Positions 1 to 12,249 of a stretch of DNA of 64,000 nucleotides are shown here, one piece after another. This stretch comes from Camelus ferus. Taxonomy: Eukaryota. How positions within the stretch are numbered: position 1 is the first letter of the stretch; each line of letters starts with the position of its first letter. The notes beneath the pieces are model-generated. The model was given only the letters and a program-made list of their open reading frames with translations. It made no database searches and had not been told where the DNA came from. The stretch covers positions 22,570,001 to 22,634,000 of the forward strand of contig NC_045696.1 of NCBI RefSeq assembly GCF_009834535.1. Reading direction: 5' to 3'. Both the position numbers and the translations under genes were made by a program.

Positions 1-169
1 TAATTTTACCTGTTAAACAAAGAAATCCCTAGGCACTAAAATTTTCGTTTTGAACACAGGGCAATGTTGCTTCACTGAGTTTATTCAAGTAATGTCAAAC
101 TAGAATCGTTTTGTTCTCTTCTCTTAAGCGCTCTCAGTGTTATAATCCTCCCTAAGACCAGCCACTTAC

Positions 170-337
170 ATCGCAGACCTTGCTTCACGCTGCAGTGACT
201 GAGGGCAGTGAGAGTGTGATGGTGGCCCAAAGCAGGGAGAGAGTCCTTCCAGTGACCTGGCCTGTGGTGGGAGTCGGGGAGGCCTTAGAGGAAAGGGGCA
301 TTTGGTCGGTGTCTTGAAGCAAGAGGAGAACTTAGTG
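170..337 (-). other. Candidate spliced exon (168 nt) of a minus-strand transcript, coding status unknown
   Basis: Acceptor ttcttccctctttgtcctcctgcag| (AG at 339-338) and donor |GTAAGT (169-164). One frame is open (TKFSSCFKTPTK...QREARSA) but has no recognisable homology. Confidence 0.4.
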
Positions 338-1104
338 CTGCAGGAGGACAAAGAGGGAAGAAATATCAGCATCAAGGCACAAAGATGTGGATGTGGGCAA
401 AAAGCAGTGTTTGGGGTCCTGCTTTGCCAACTAAGTAATTCCGTGAGCTCTAGGCACAAGTGGTGGGTCCACATGGTGTGCAGACTTGTGCAGGCTTGCT
501 GGGTCAGTGTCATAGCAGAGGGACCGTCCACTGGAATTCAGAATTTAAGTTAAATAAGTGTGTGCTTGGAGGGTGGTTGGTGGGTGGGTGTGTGTCTGTA
601 TGTACATAATTTCTGTCTGTCAGCTGCATTACTCTGGGCATGTGAGACACAGAGAAGAGTAAGAGAACATTACCTTCAGGAGCCCTGCAGGCTCCTAACC
701 ACAAACCGCCATCTGCCCACACCAAGCTCCTCGGACCATCCTGACAAGGCTGGGTGAGCACGTTTAGAGACGAAGAGCAAATGGGAGCTGGTACAGAACC
801 AAGCACTCCAGCTTTGGAGAAATCAGATGGCAAACATCTCATTTTGATGGCTGACCAGCAGCATCAACTTTTCATACGAAGAACAGTTCATTAGCACTGA
901 GTAACTAGTTTATTAACAACCATAAAGGCATTGAAGCCTGACCTGAGTGCTTGTGTTTTCAATTTTTTAATTTTTCTTGGAGAAGCTTCTCCTCAGCCCA
1001 TTGTGGTTCTTGTCCAGTGCAATGTGGCGGAGGGCTTTGTACCTGGGGGTCAATGGCCCAGGGCCTGAGTCCAGTTTTGTTGCTTTCTAGGTGTCTGCAC
1101 ACAA

Positions 1105-1235
1105 GGTCACTGGGTTCCATTTCCCCATTGGTAATAGCATCTCTAGTCTCTCCTGCTTCATAGAGTTGTGAGGATAAAATAAGATGATTGATGTAAAGGA
1201 TTATGTAAATTGTAAGAAAGGCTGTATAAATATAA
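1105..1235 (+). mobile_element. MIR SINE fragment
   Basis: cttcatagagttgtgaggataaaataagatgattgatgtaaagga matches the MIR core/3' region. Confidence 0.65.
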
Positions 1236-2289
1236 CGAATTGGAGTGTAGCTCAGAGGTAAGGCGTTTGCTGTAAAAACCGGCGGTTAACCACTGTTATT
1301 GCCTTCATTGTGGTGGACAGACACGTAAAAACCGAGCCTAACAGTGACTTCTGTAGCTCCATCAGGTCACTGCGAAAACAGCTTGCGTTATCTGGATACG
1401 AAAGTATCCAGATTACGAAGAAATACCATGTTTTAATACGTTATCTCTTGAGTATTTAGATAACATTTTGAGGGCCTTCTATTTTATTAACCTGCTCAGT
1501 GGATAAAGAATTGAGAATTACATTCCTGTACTGTACGAGGAATTTCACTTTATCAGCATCTGACATGACTTCAGAAAATGCTGATGGTTCTGAAACAGTT
1601 TGTTGCTCAGTACATCTCCCATCACTGAAAGCATTAGAGACTCTTATCGAATAAGAATTGATTAAACTTAGAGCTTCCCAGAAAGGCTATTAATGTAGAT
1701 TAATGAGTTTCTGAGAGATTAGAGTTAGGGAGTTTGATATAAAACATGTACCAAAATTAGCAGAATGCCATGTCAGGGAAGAACAAAGAAAAAGCGTCAT
1801 TTAAAACTTTCTATCTGATTATCTAGTGTTTATTTAGTATGCAGCTATAAATATGCATACTTTAAATGACGATGTTAAAGAACCATTAATATTGTTTTAA
1901 AAACTAATTTTCTAGTGAGTGTGTGTAGATATATAATTTTATCCTTCAAGATGAAAAACTTTGGTTATCATCAAAGAAGTTAAACTTTATATATTGAGGA
2001 TTGCTACAATTTGCACTAGACTAAGAAACTAATGGCCCTAAATACCAGACTTAAGTGTGTTTCTACATCTGCCTTTTATTTAATTTTTTGCAAGAAGTTA
2101 CCAACCACTGGAAAAGTGTGGGATATGATTCCTCCACTAATATTCCACGGAAAACATTAGAATCAGATTAACAAATTCCCCTAGAACTGATTTTAAAATT
2201 TGAATTATTTAAATTTATTGGTTCCTTTAGGAAAAAATTGATAAATATTAAGTAAATATACCCACGAATATAAAATGTGTTTCCGTTAA

Positions 2290-2820
2290 TTCAGGTTTCC
2301 TCCTTAACTAGTTAGTACTGAACATCCTTGTCTAACTGCAGGCTTTAAAGGAAAGTGTCTGAAGTTTCTCCATTGAGTATGATGTTTACTGCAGTTTAGA
2401 TAATCTTTATCAAAACAGGGACATTGTCTGCTTTTAGTTTTCTAGAAGTTTTTCTCTTATTCTCATGATCATAAAGGGACATTGAATGTTATTTTATAAA
2501 TTTTTTTGCATTTATTCAGAAGATTGTGTGTTTTTGTCCTTTATTTCATTCTTGTGGCAAATTACATTACATACATGAGATTGAATCATCCTTGCATTAT
2601 TGGAAAAAAATTTCTACATTAGTATCATTATATCTCATTAAGTATAGCTATATCTCTGTATTTAAAAATTTGTGAGTTTGGATTAACCTTTATATTAAGT
2701 CCTATTCTGTATTTAGGTGAAGAATCAAGATTATACTGACTTCATAAATAAGTTGGCAAATTAATTTTTTAATTTTCTTTAAAAAAGTTTATTAAACAGG
2801 TATTATCTGTCTTATCCTTT
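2290..2820 (-). mobile_element. Ancient LINE-1 (L1M) ORF2 fragment
   Basis: gaacatccttgtct...gtttctccattgagtatgatgttt...ttgaatcatccttgcatt are typical antisense L1 ORF2 motifs, heavily diverged. Confidence 0.65.
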
Positions 2821-4671
2821 TGCTTTTAATGGTTTATTGTCTTTCTTGCTTAGTATTTCTATTCCTCAAGTATCTTTTATCACCCTCCCCTCCATATTTT
2901 CTTTGAACTGCCCATCACATTCACTAGATAAATGTATCTGGTTGACAGGGAGCTGGCAGAGGGGAGAGGGTAATAGCTGGGGTGTAATTTGTTCACTTTC
3001 AGGTAATTTTAGGGTGTTTGGATGAGTTTAAGGAAAAGAGCCCCTGGTATAGCCAACTGGGCTCAACTAGTCCTCATTTGCCCATCCAGGCACCTTCGTT
3101 TTTGAAAGCATGGTGGGTTAACAGCTGATCCAACCATGCCATATTTATTGACTTCCCTTGGTAATCATTCCTTGAGGATGCCATTCATGGCATAAGGATA
3201 TTTTCCTTCCAGTATTTCACTTTATAAACATTTTACCCTCTCTTGTTTATTTCCTTAAGTGACAGGGAGATTCTGAAATTCTGATTCATTTAATAATTTG
3301 CTCAAAAGGCTTATTTATTTGTATTATTGTGGGGAAGGTCAATTATCAGACACATTTTCTGAATCACTTTAAGTCCTAAGTGGTTTTTCCTGCCATGGGA
3401 TTAGATCAGGGGCATGTCCAGACCCAGCTTCTGAGTTCTTTTTAGTTTCTAAAAGTAATTAACAAGGAACTAAGCAACATTAGATAGGTCCATGCAACAA
3501 AAAAATGTTAAATAAAAATTGATGTTTTTAGTAAATGTAGCCTATCATCCCATTAGTATGACATGCATTTATAATATGCATGATGATTATTGTGCACTTA
3601 AGACTTAGCCAAGATTGTAAGACAATAATTATTAATGGATGTTATTAATCTAATTTTTGTATAGCCTAACTAGGTTTTGAGTATCTTTATTTAATTACTG
3701 AGCACAGCACTAAAATGGACAATTATCTCTGCCAAAGAAAAAAGTCCAGGTCAAACTCTCCCATAGCCTTGGTTCCCTGTTCTCCTGCTGTAACCTGCCC
3801 TGAACCCCGTCCCTGTCACTTCAGACACAGGGCTAACAAAATCCTTCATTGACTTTCAAAGGACACTTTCATTCTACTTTCCAAACCATCTGTCTTCAAA
3901 GGTCCTTCAAATAGAATGTCTAACTCTACCCATTACATGAAGGGGTCACCAGGCACTGTGTCGTAGCCACTATTGCTGGCACGAGCTAACAGAAACTTCA
4001 GCACTAGGTTCATGGATTTTGCCAAACGTTCAAAAGCGCATCCAGATTCAGGTGAAGGTTCTTCCTAAACACAGCCACAGTCCAGGGTACCAGTACTTTC
4101 AAGAGCTCCATGGCAAGATGCCCCTGCCTGAGGGAAAACACCTGACTTCCCAGTTTCCTCTAGGTTTGGGGGTGGTACTGAGTATACACCGCAAATAATA
4201 ATAATAATACTGTGTGCACTGATTGTTTTGGCACATATTCTTACTTTCTATTGACATGAATACTCTCCAAGATTACTTTGGCATCAAAATAACAGCTAAA
4301 GAAAAAGGCAAAACAATTGGTTTGGGTGGAAATCTGAATATTAAGATTGCTTATTGTCCTCACTATGCTATCTCAGTCTTTCCTCTAAGTCTTTGCTCAT
4401 GTTTCTTTCTTCTCGAACATATGTTTGAAAGATATTTTGAAGATATTTCCTCTTCCTACTTACTCCAGTTCTACCCACTTTTTAAATCTTTTTGGCCTAA
4501 TGTATTAAACTTTCCTTGGTTATGCCTGGCTAAATTAGTCTCTTTCTTCTCTAAATTGCTTAAAAAAGTTTGAAGTGACGCTCTAAATTTTAGAGTTGAT
4601 GTTATTTTCTTATATTTAGATAATAACTTTTTTTATTATCCTTACCTCCTCAAATAAAATTTTGGTTCCTA

Positions 4672-5030
4672 GATTGATGGTTTCCAGAGGCAAGGAGTAG
4701 TGGTTGAGTGAAATGGGTGAAGGGAGTCAAAATGTTCAAACTTCTATTTATTAAATAAGTCATAGGGATGTAATATACAATATGGTGACTATAGTTAGCA
4801 GTGCTGCATTGCACATTTGAAAGTTGCTAAGAGTGAAAAAAGTTTTTTTTTTTTAAAGTTCTTATCACAAGAAAAAAATATGTAACTACGGTGATGGTTA
4901 TTAACTAGACTTACTGTGGTCTTTGTTTCACAATATATACATATGTCAAATCATTATGTTGTACACCTGAAAATTAATACAATGTTATGTGTCAGTTGTA
5001 TCTCAATTAAAAAGTAAAAGGCTAAAAAAA
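4672..5030 (+). mobile_element. LINE-1 3' end (L1MA9-like)
   Basis: gggatgtaatatacaatatggtgactatagtt...gaaagttgctaagag...tgttgtacacctgaaaattaatacaatgttatgtgtcag followed by an A-rich tail. Confidence 0.85.
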
Positions 5031-5278
5031 AGTTGGTTTCTGAATACGGACGTTGCCTGAACTTTTTTATGGCTCCCACAACACTTAGTAGAAGTAAATA
5101 CAGTGGCTGCTACATAAACACTCGGTGACAGACATTACTAATAAATGGGTAATTAGTTAAAAGATGGCACTAATTTTCTTGACATTTTCCAAAGCAAACA
5201 ATTTGGGGGCAAAGCTTCTCATATCAAGCAGTTTTTCAATTCAAGAACATCTAAAACAAAGATATGTTAGTTGCTTTT

Positions 5279-5346
5279 GTTTGTTTTGTTTTTGTTTTTA
5301 AATTTTATTTCTTTATTATTTTATTGAGATATAATTGACACATAAC
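5279..5346 (-). mobile_element. Extremely 5'-truncated L1 3' tip with decayed poly(A)
   Basis: ttttattgagatataattgacacataac preceded by a (TTTG)n/T tract. Flanked by TGTTAGTTG(C/T)TTT direct repeats starting at 5265 and 5347. Confidence 0.65.
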
Positions 5347-5639
5347 TGTTAGTTGTTTTTTGAAGAAAACTTGTTTCCCTAGTTTTAATTTTTGTCCTGT
5401 GATGGTAATAAAAGGGATTTTTACATACCTCCCTGTGTACTAACATATTATCTTAGTACTCAGTTAACGTCTTCCAGTCTTCTCCTTTCTTTGACCTACT
5501 TGCACATTAAAAGAAGTGATGTGACTAGAATTCAGAGGAAGCTGAGGGATTTACAGTCTTTGTTCTATAGATAAGTCCTTCAGCAAACTTGGATTCATTT
5601 AGGAGAAGAAATTACTTATGAACTGAGTCTATTTTAAAA

Positions 5640-5775
5640 CAGAACTACAGAAGATGTCAATTCAATTTTATCATCATAGAGGAGTAAGAACTGAGTCCTA
5701 GAGAGGTTGTTATGTACCTAAAATCATCAAATTTGATTAGTGGCCAATTTAAGATTGGAGCCCAGGTCTCCACAG
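5640..5775 (-). mobile_element. MIR SINE fragment
   Basis: aagaactgagtcctagagaggtt...aaaatcatc...tagtggc...ttggagcccaggtctcc resembles the antisense MIR core. Confidence 0.55.
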
Positions 5776-7094
5776 ATTACATTAGAAATAATAGGCATTA
5801 CATTTACATGCTTCAGTGTTTCGTTTAATTGGTGTATATGTTGGGTCAAAAGTCTTCATATTGTAGTAGAGAGTGTATCACTAAACGTTGAAATATTTTA
5901 AACTGATTCGTGCTCATAACTTTTCTCAGTACTGAAAAATATCCCTTTGATGGCTTTAACCTTGACTTTCTTTCTCTTTTGTGCATAATCTTCCTTAAAA
6001 GGAAAAAAAAAGTAAATGAAACAGCAATGCTTTTTTTTTTCTTTTCTTCTTCTTCTTCTTTTATGTTTTTTCCCTCACAATTTCCAAGCCAAGGATGCTA
6101 GTATTTAAGTATATTTGCTCTTTTAACATTGCTGTTTTTATAACAATAATTTTGATGTAATAGAATATTCTAAGACAATTCTACACTTAGAACTTAAATT
6201 TTTTCTCTGAGTTTTAATTTGGTTTCTAGGTTGTTTCTTTTATTCTTTTCAGCTCTTCAGCAGTAGGCCATGTGATCAAACTTGTTCAAACACTCAAAGC
6301 AATTTTCTGTAAACTTCTTAGAATGAGTGGTACCTTAGCCTTGAAAGGATAACATCCTGCACATCTTTTGAAAGACACTATGTGTTAAGCATTTTTAACT
6401 ACATATACAGGCATGAGGTAGCTATTATTTTAGTAGAGCAAAATATTCCTTAGAACATAAGTATAAGAATATTTATGAGTGTTCTGATACTTACAAATTC
6501 AGTGGATTAGCATAACTTTCCCCCAAATCTTTGATCCTTATTACCTTATTTGTTCTCCTGTTTTAATGGTTTAATACTTTACTAAGTATTATTTTTTCTC
6601 AGAGATCTCTACCATGTACTATAAAACAACACTGTCATATGGAAATGGATCCCCTCCCAGTCCTGAAGTCATATTTCTTTTTCAAGGTTTTTGCCTTCTT
6701 GATTTATTCTACTTGTATCGACTAAAAAGTTCTACCTCATATATTATTTCAATCATGTTGCATCCTTGATAAATAATCTGTAGTAGCTTTAATTTGCCAA
6801 TCGGTTCAGCATTTTCAGTCTGGCCTTCAGGACCCTTAAAAAATTCTGTCTGATTTTTTTTTTTTTTGATGTTTGCTAATTAGAATTTCCTGTTTCACCC
6901 ATGATTTCATATACAGTTTCCTTTCCCTTCCTCTATGCCTTGTGCATGCTATTTATCTTCAGAAAACTCATATTAAACCCCTAACACATTGAACATTTTC
7001 TTTACTTTTATAGTTAAAAAATATTTCCAGGAGAATGAGCTTTGCAGATTGCTCTTTACCTCTGGAAATACTTTTATAAGCGTTATTTGTAATT

Positions 7095-8360
7095 CTTATT
7101 TTTTTTAACATTTTTTATTGATTTATAATCATTTTACAATGTTGTGTCAAATTCCAGTGTTCAGCACAATTTTTCAGTTATTCATGGACATATACACACT
7201 CATTGTCACATTTTTTTCTCTGTGAGTTATCATAACATTTTGTGTATATTTCCCTGTGCTATACAGTGTAGTCTGTTCTACAATTTTGAAATCCCAGTCT
7301 ATCCCTTCCCACCCTCCACCCCCCTGGTAACCACAAGTCTGTATTCTCTGTCTGTGAGTCTATTTCTGTCCTTTATTTATGCTTTGTTTTTTGTTTGTTT
7401 GTTTTTGTTTTTGTTTTTTAGATTCCACATATGAGCGATCTCATATGGTATTTTTCTTTCTCTTTCTGGCTTACTTCACTTAGAATGACATTCTCCAGGA
7501 GCATCCATATTGCTGCAAATGGCATTATGTTGTCGGTTTTTATGGCTGAGTAGTATTCCATTGTATAAATATACCACATCTTCTTTATCCAGTCACCTGT
7601 TGATGGACATTTAGGCTGTTTCCATGTTTCGGCTATTGTAAATAGTTCTGCTATGAACATTGGGGTGCAGGTGTCATCCTGAAGTAGATTTCCTTCTGGA
7701 TACAAGCCCAGGAGTGGGATTCCTGGGTCATATGGTAAGTCTATTCCTAGTCTTTTGAGGAATCTCCACACTGTTTTCCATAGTGGCTGCACCAAACTGC
7801 ATTCCCACCAGCAGTGTAGGAGGGTTCCCCTTTCTCCACAGCCTCTCCAGCATTTGTTATTTGTGGATTTTCGAATGATGGCCATTCTGACTGGTGTGAG
7901 GTGATACCTCATTGTAGTTTTGATTTGCATTTCTCTGATAATTAGTGATATTGAGCATTTTTTCATGTGCTTTTTGATCATTTGTATGTCTTCCTTGGAG
8001 AATTGCTTGTTTAGGTCTTCTGCCCATTTCTGGATTGGGTTGTTTATTTTTTTCTTACTGAGTCGTATGAGCTGCTTATATATTCTGGAGATCAAGCCTT
8101 TGTCGGTTTCACTTGCAAAAATTTTCTCCCATTCCGTAGGTTTTCTTCTTGTTTTATTTCTGGTTTCCTTTGCTGTGCAGAAGCTTGTAAGTTTCATTAG
8201 GTCCCATTTGTTTATTCTTGCTTTTATTTCTTCTAGGAGAAAATTTTTGAAATGTATGTCAGATAATGTTTTGCCTATGTTTTCCTCTAGGAGGTTTATT
8301 GTATCTTGTCTTATGTTTAAGTCTTTAATCCATTTTGAGTTGATTTTTGTATATGGTGTA
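7095..8360 (-). mobile_element. Young 5'-truncated lineage-specific LINE-1 with TSD
   Basis: T-rich tail near 7095-7120, 3'UTR and ORF2 C-terminus. TSD ATTTGTAATT at 7085-7094 and 8361-8370. Confidence 0.95.
7418..8359 (-). pseudogene. L1 ORF2p C-terminal fragment, uninterrupted for ~313 codons
   Basis: Reads [15 protein letters not shown]...[11 protein letters not shown]...[18 protein letters not shown] (CCHC motif)...HMRSLICGI*. The frame is open upstream of the track's ATG to the truncation point. Confidence 0.93.
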
Positions 8361-9149
8361 ATTTGTAATTATTTTTGAGTCTTTAAATGTCACCTATCAT
8401 TTATATGTTGGCCCTTTATTCTATGCTTTCTAGTTCTATCATTTACTCATTTATATTTTCATCCCTTTGTTTTATATGTTCATAATTTGCAATAGTTTTA
8501 TAGATTTTTCGTGTCTGCAGCATCAGCTATGCTCTATAAGTATCCAGTGAGAGAAGATAATTTTCTTGGAGATTTTTTTCTGAAAATCTTCTTCATATTG
8601 CCGACATCATCTATTTTGGTTTTACTTCATCTATTTCATCTCCATCTTCCCCTGTTCTTTCCTTCTGACTTTGGGTGTCTGATTCTCAGACAATAGGCTT
8701 GCTTCCGCTTTTTTCAGAATGACAGTTTTCTGAAATTTTTTAGCTCCTTAATTAAATTTTCAGAAAATATAATTTTCCCTCTAACTATTCTGAGTATGAT
8801 TCCCTTTCTGTAATTCTAAAGTACCTCATTTGATAGACCACACCTCCTTTTTACCTCTTGGTTTATCTTTAATTGAGTTCTGTTCTAACTTAGTATTTCC
8901 TGTGGAGCTGACTGCATCTCAGTCCAATTGCTCAGTTACTCAGCGTTTGAACTGCAGCCGCAGACATTCGGCAGAGTGGAGGTGAAAGTGGAGAAGCAAC
9001 GCGCTCAGTACAGTTTCTGATTTCTGTTTGGCTTTTACCAGGCAGAGAGGTACTGCTTTGCTGTTGCTGTAGTAAGCACCACGAAACCCCCCCCAAAATC
9101 ATAGTGGTATACCGCCGTATGCATTTCTTTCTCCTGTGGGTAGTCTGGG

Positions 9150-9480
9150 CTGTACTGCTGATGTCGTTTGGGTTTGTTTGCATGTGCATATTTTCACTTG
9201 GAGCTTGCTCTACTCACATGTCTCTCGTCCATTTGGACCAGTGGGAGAACCAAGGGTTTTCTCCTCATGGCAACGACAGAAGCCAATGAGAGCAAGTCAA
9301 AGACAGATATCCTGACACAACCACCTCATTCAGTTGTCTAAAGCAAGCCACATGTTCAAACCCTAAGTTAAAGGTCAATAAAACATGCCCTTCTCCTTTA
9401 GTAAGAGAAACTGAAGAGCCACATGACAAAGGCTGAATATAAAGGGAGTGATAAAGAATGAAGACTAATGCCGTTTACCA
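9150..9480 (-). mobile_element. MaLR (MLT1-type) LTR fragment
   Basis: ttctcctcatggcaacgacagaagccaatgagagcaag...aaagcaagccacatg...aaaccc resembles antisense MLT1. Confidence 0.6.
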
Positions 9481-9714
9481 CAGTTGTCTTTCTACTGCCT
9501 ACAGTGCCAAGCCCTGCCTGGCTGAGCTAATGTAGTAAAGGAGTAAATCCAGCTCCCACCACGGGCTTCTACCAGGAGCACTCTTGTCTCTGCTAACACA
9601 CACAGTGCTTTACCTCAATCAGTCATTTAAAATATTCTCTTGCATTATTTCATTTAATATTTATAGGGATTCTAAGATGTAGATATTATTACTGTTGGCA
9701 ACTTTACAGATATG

Positions 9715-10110
9715 CCATTCAATTTATCAAATATTTAAGAAGTACCTCCTCTTTCCAAGCACTGTTTTGGGCATGAGGATGACAGAACAAATAGACAAGG
9801 TCTCTGTTCACACCTTGAGAGTGTAATGGGAAGACAGACAAGCAAATTAACAAGATAACTTCAGGAAGTGATATGTTCTTAAACAATAAGCTGTCTTGAC
9901 TTGGTTGGTCAAAGAAAGCTTTTGAAGAGTATTTTATTTAAGGCCTGGATGTTTCAAAATGAATAAGCAGGCAGAAATTTAAAGGCAGGTATTTCCAAGG
10001 AGAGATACTATCTAGGGCAAGGTCCTAAGGCAGCGTGAAGCTTAGTAGAAACACAGAGATGACAAGGGTGGCTAGCTCATAGCAAGGAAACCAGAAATTA
10101 ATACTAGATA
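9715..10110 (-). mobile_element. L2 LINE 3' fragment
   Basis: attcaatttatcaaatatttaagaagtacctcc...aagcactgttttgggc...aatagacaaggtctctg is the typical antisense L2 3' end. Confidence 0.65.
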
Positions 10111-10249
10111 AAGCTGAAAAGACAAGCATTATCCATCATACTTGGGATTTGAAATTCATAAATTTTGGTGGGGGGGGGGAGACACAATTTATTCTAACAA
10201 ACTCCCAAACCCAACATACTAGGAAAAAGATAAGTAAAAAAACTTTATG

Positions 10250-10830
10250 CAGTTAAGGAAGAGAAAACATATTTCTTCAGAGAGCAATGGTTAGTTTGAT
10301 AACAAACTCCTCAGCAGGTAACAACTGAAGATAGAAGCCAGTGGAGTAATGTTAAGTTGAGCCATATGATACTACTATTTTTGTGCACTGAAAATTGTCA
10401 AACATCAGTTTCAGATGGTTTAACCAAACATCTTTATAGTTCAGAAAAGTAACTGCCAAGCTAGGATTCTATAACCAGTAAACATGTCCTTCATGAATTA
10501 TAGAATAATAAAGATATCTTTAAACATTCACCAGTAAAATGTCTCAAGTTGAAGGCAAATGATTCCAGATGAAATGTATAGTATGCAAAAATGAATGAGG
10601 AACAAAAGGAAGTATTAATATTTGAGTAAATGTAAGTAAACATTGACTGTATAAAGCAATAATAACATCAAGCCAAGGTTTAAAAAACAGATGCAGCTAA
10701 CATATTAGGTAGAAAATAATTCATTTAGCTTTGGTAATGGAGTAAATGAAATTAAGATAGTGAAAGGTCTTTGTATTATTTAGGAAGAGAGTAATGGTTT
10801 CAATTAAATTTGGACTTTGACAACGTGTAT
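10250..10830 (+). mobile_element. Ancient L1 ORF1/inter-ORF fragment
   Basis: ctcctcagcagg...gaagccagtggagtaat...aactgccaagctaggattctataaccagtaaacatgtccttc is an eroded ORF1 C-terminal coding motif. Confidence 0.55.
10352..10428. mobile_element. MADE2-like mariner MITE (~80 bp) nested in old L1
   Basis: Imperfect terminal inverted repeats ttaagttgagccatatga ... tttcagatggtttaaccaa, with the expected size. Confidence 0.7.
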
Positions 10831-12249
10831 GATTTCCATGCTTATTAGTGAGGTTGCACACCTTCTCATATATCTTTTGACAGTTTGGATTTTCTCTTTG
10901 GCAATGTGCTGATTAAAGTCTCTTGCCCATTTTTATGTCAGGAAATCTGCCATTTTCTTTTCAATATGTTAACTGTTTTTATGTTTTATGCAATTTCTGT
11001 ATGTATGTTATATTTTAAAATATGTAATACAAAAATGCATGGAGGCAGGAACCAATGTTTATTGAGGATCTGTTTACTTATTTATTTCGTGTAATCTGGT
11101 TAAATAGCTATCATCACTCCTATTTATAAAGAGTATAATTGAGCCTCAGAGAATTTCATTCAGTACCCAGGTTCATAGAATTTGTGAAGGCCAGTAGGTG
11201 ACCTTTAGGTCTGTTTGAATCCCAGTATGTTTGTCCATTTGTCCAAACAAAAGAATTAAAACTTCCTCAGCTAATTAAGATAAATCTGGAATATTATGTA
11301 TAATTCTAAGTGTTGCACATTAAAGAAAATTTGAGAATTTGGTATAATTTGTAAAATGGTAGCCAGTAGTTTAATATTGAGGCCTTTAAACAAAACTGTA
11401 AAAGTCTAAAGCTGCTTTCCACCAAAGAAAAAAGTAGAGATATGTGGAGAGGGAGAGAGAGCAGAGTGTTGTTCTTCATGACATATCTTCAAAAACTTGG
11501 AGGGCTATTATATGAAATAAATAATAGATATAAACTCTATTATGCAGGAGCCGGTCACTCTATTTAGTAAGCAATGTTAATACAGTGCCATTTCTAGAAC
11601 CATGTGCTTTAAGGGTCTATGAACATGTTTGGGTTTGGAAAAAATGTATTAGTCCCAAAACATGAAAAAAAATTAAAAGTCAAAAGTTAAGGAATGTCAG
11701 TTAAGTAAAGGTCCACAAAATCTAACACTGTCAAGATCACAGACTGACAAAATTTTATTAACATTAAAATTTTATTTGTAAAAATATGATTTAAATCGGG
11801 GAAGATCTGGCTTTATTTCATTCGTGAACATGTGTACTCACTGTTTAAGTACCACAGGTTTGAGTCCTAAGACACAGAAGTTCTGCTAAATTTAATTTTG
11901 TTCAATTTCCATTAAAAAAGAAAAAATATTCAATTGGTGGGTTTATGATTTTGTATACTGCCTTATCAAATATGTTTCCAATAGAAGGAAATTTCCATTT
12001 GACTAGGTATTAAAAGAAGAATTGAAGTCTTTGAACGAATTTTACATGTCTGATAACAGGAAGAATTTTCCGTACACTGGATCCTGGCTCCGTGATTCCA
12101 AGACTCGTTTACCCTCCTCTGCCAGGTACTTCCAGTGCTGACGTTCACGTCACACTCCTTGTCATTCTGGAGCCTCTGACTCTGATCACTCACATAACAA
12201 TGCCGGTGAGTTTGCTTATGATATGCACGAGGTCTCCTAGAAGCTCTCG

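Noticed and set aside
1241..1275. tRNA-like start GGAGTGTAGCTCAGAGGTAAGGCG
   Set aside because: There is no B-box (GTTCRA) or cloverleaf downstream, so it is not a tRNA gene.
1553..1600. ATCAGCAT...ATGCTGAT inverted repeat near ctgatgg/gaaac, considered as a hammerhead ribozyme
   Set aside because: The CUGANGA core is not matched and the required three stems cannot be built.
7920..8378. 152-aa plus-strand hydrophobic ORF
   Set aside because: It is the antisense frame of L1 ORF2, a common artefact.
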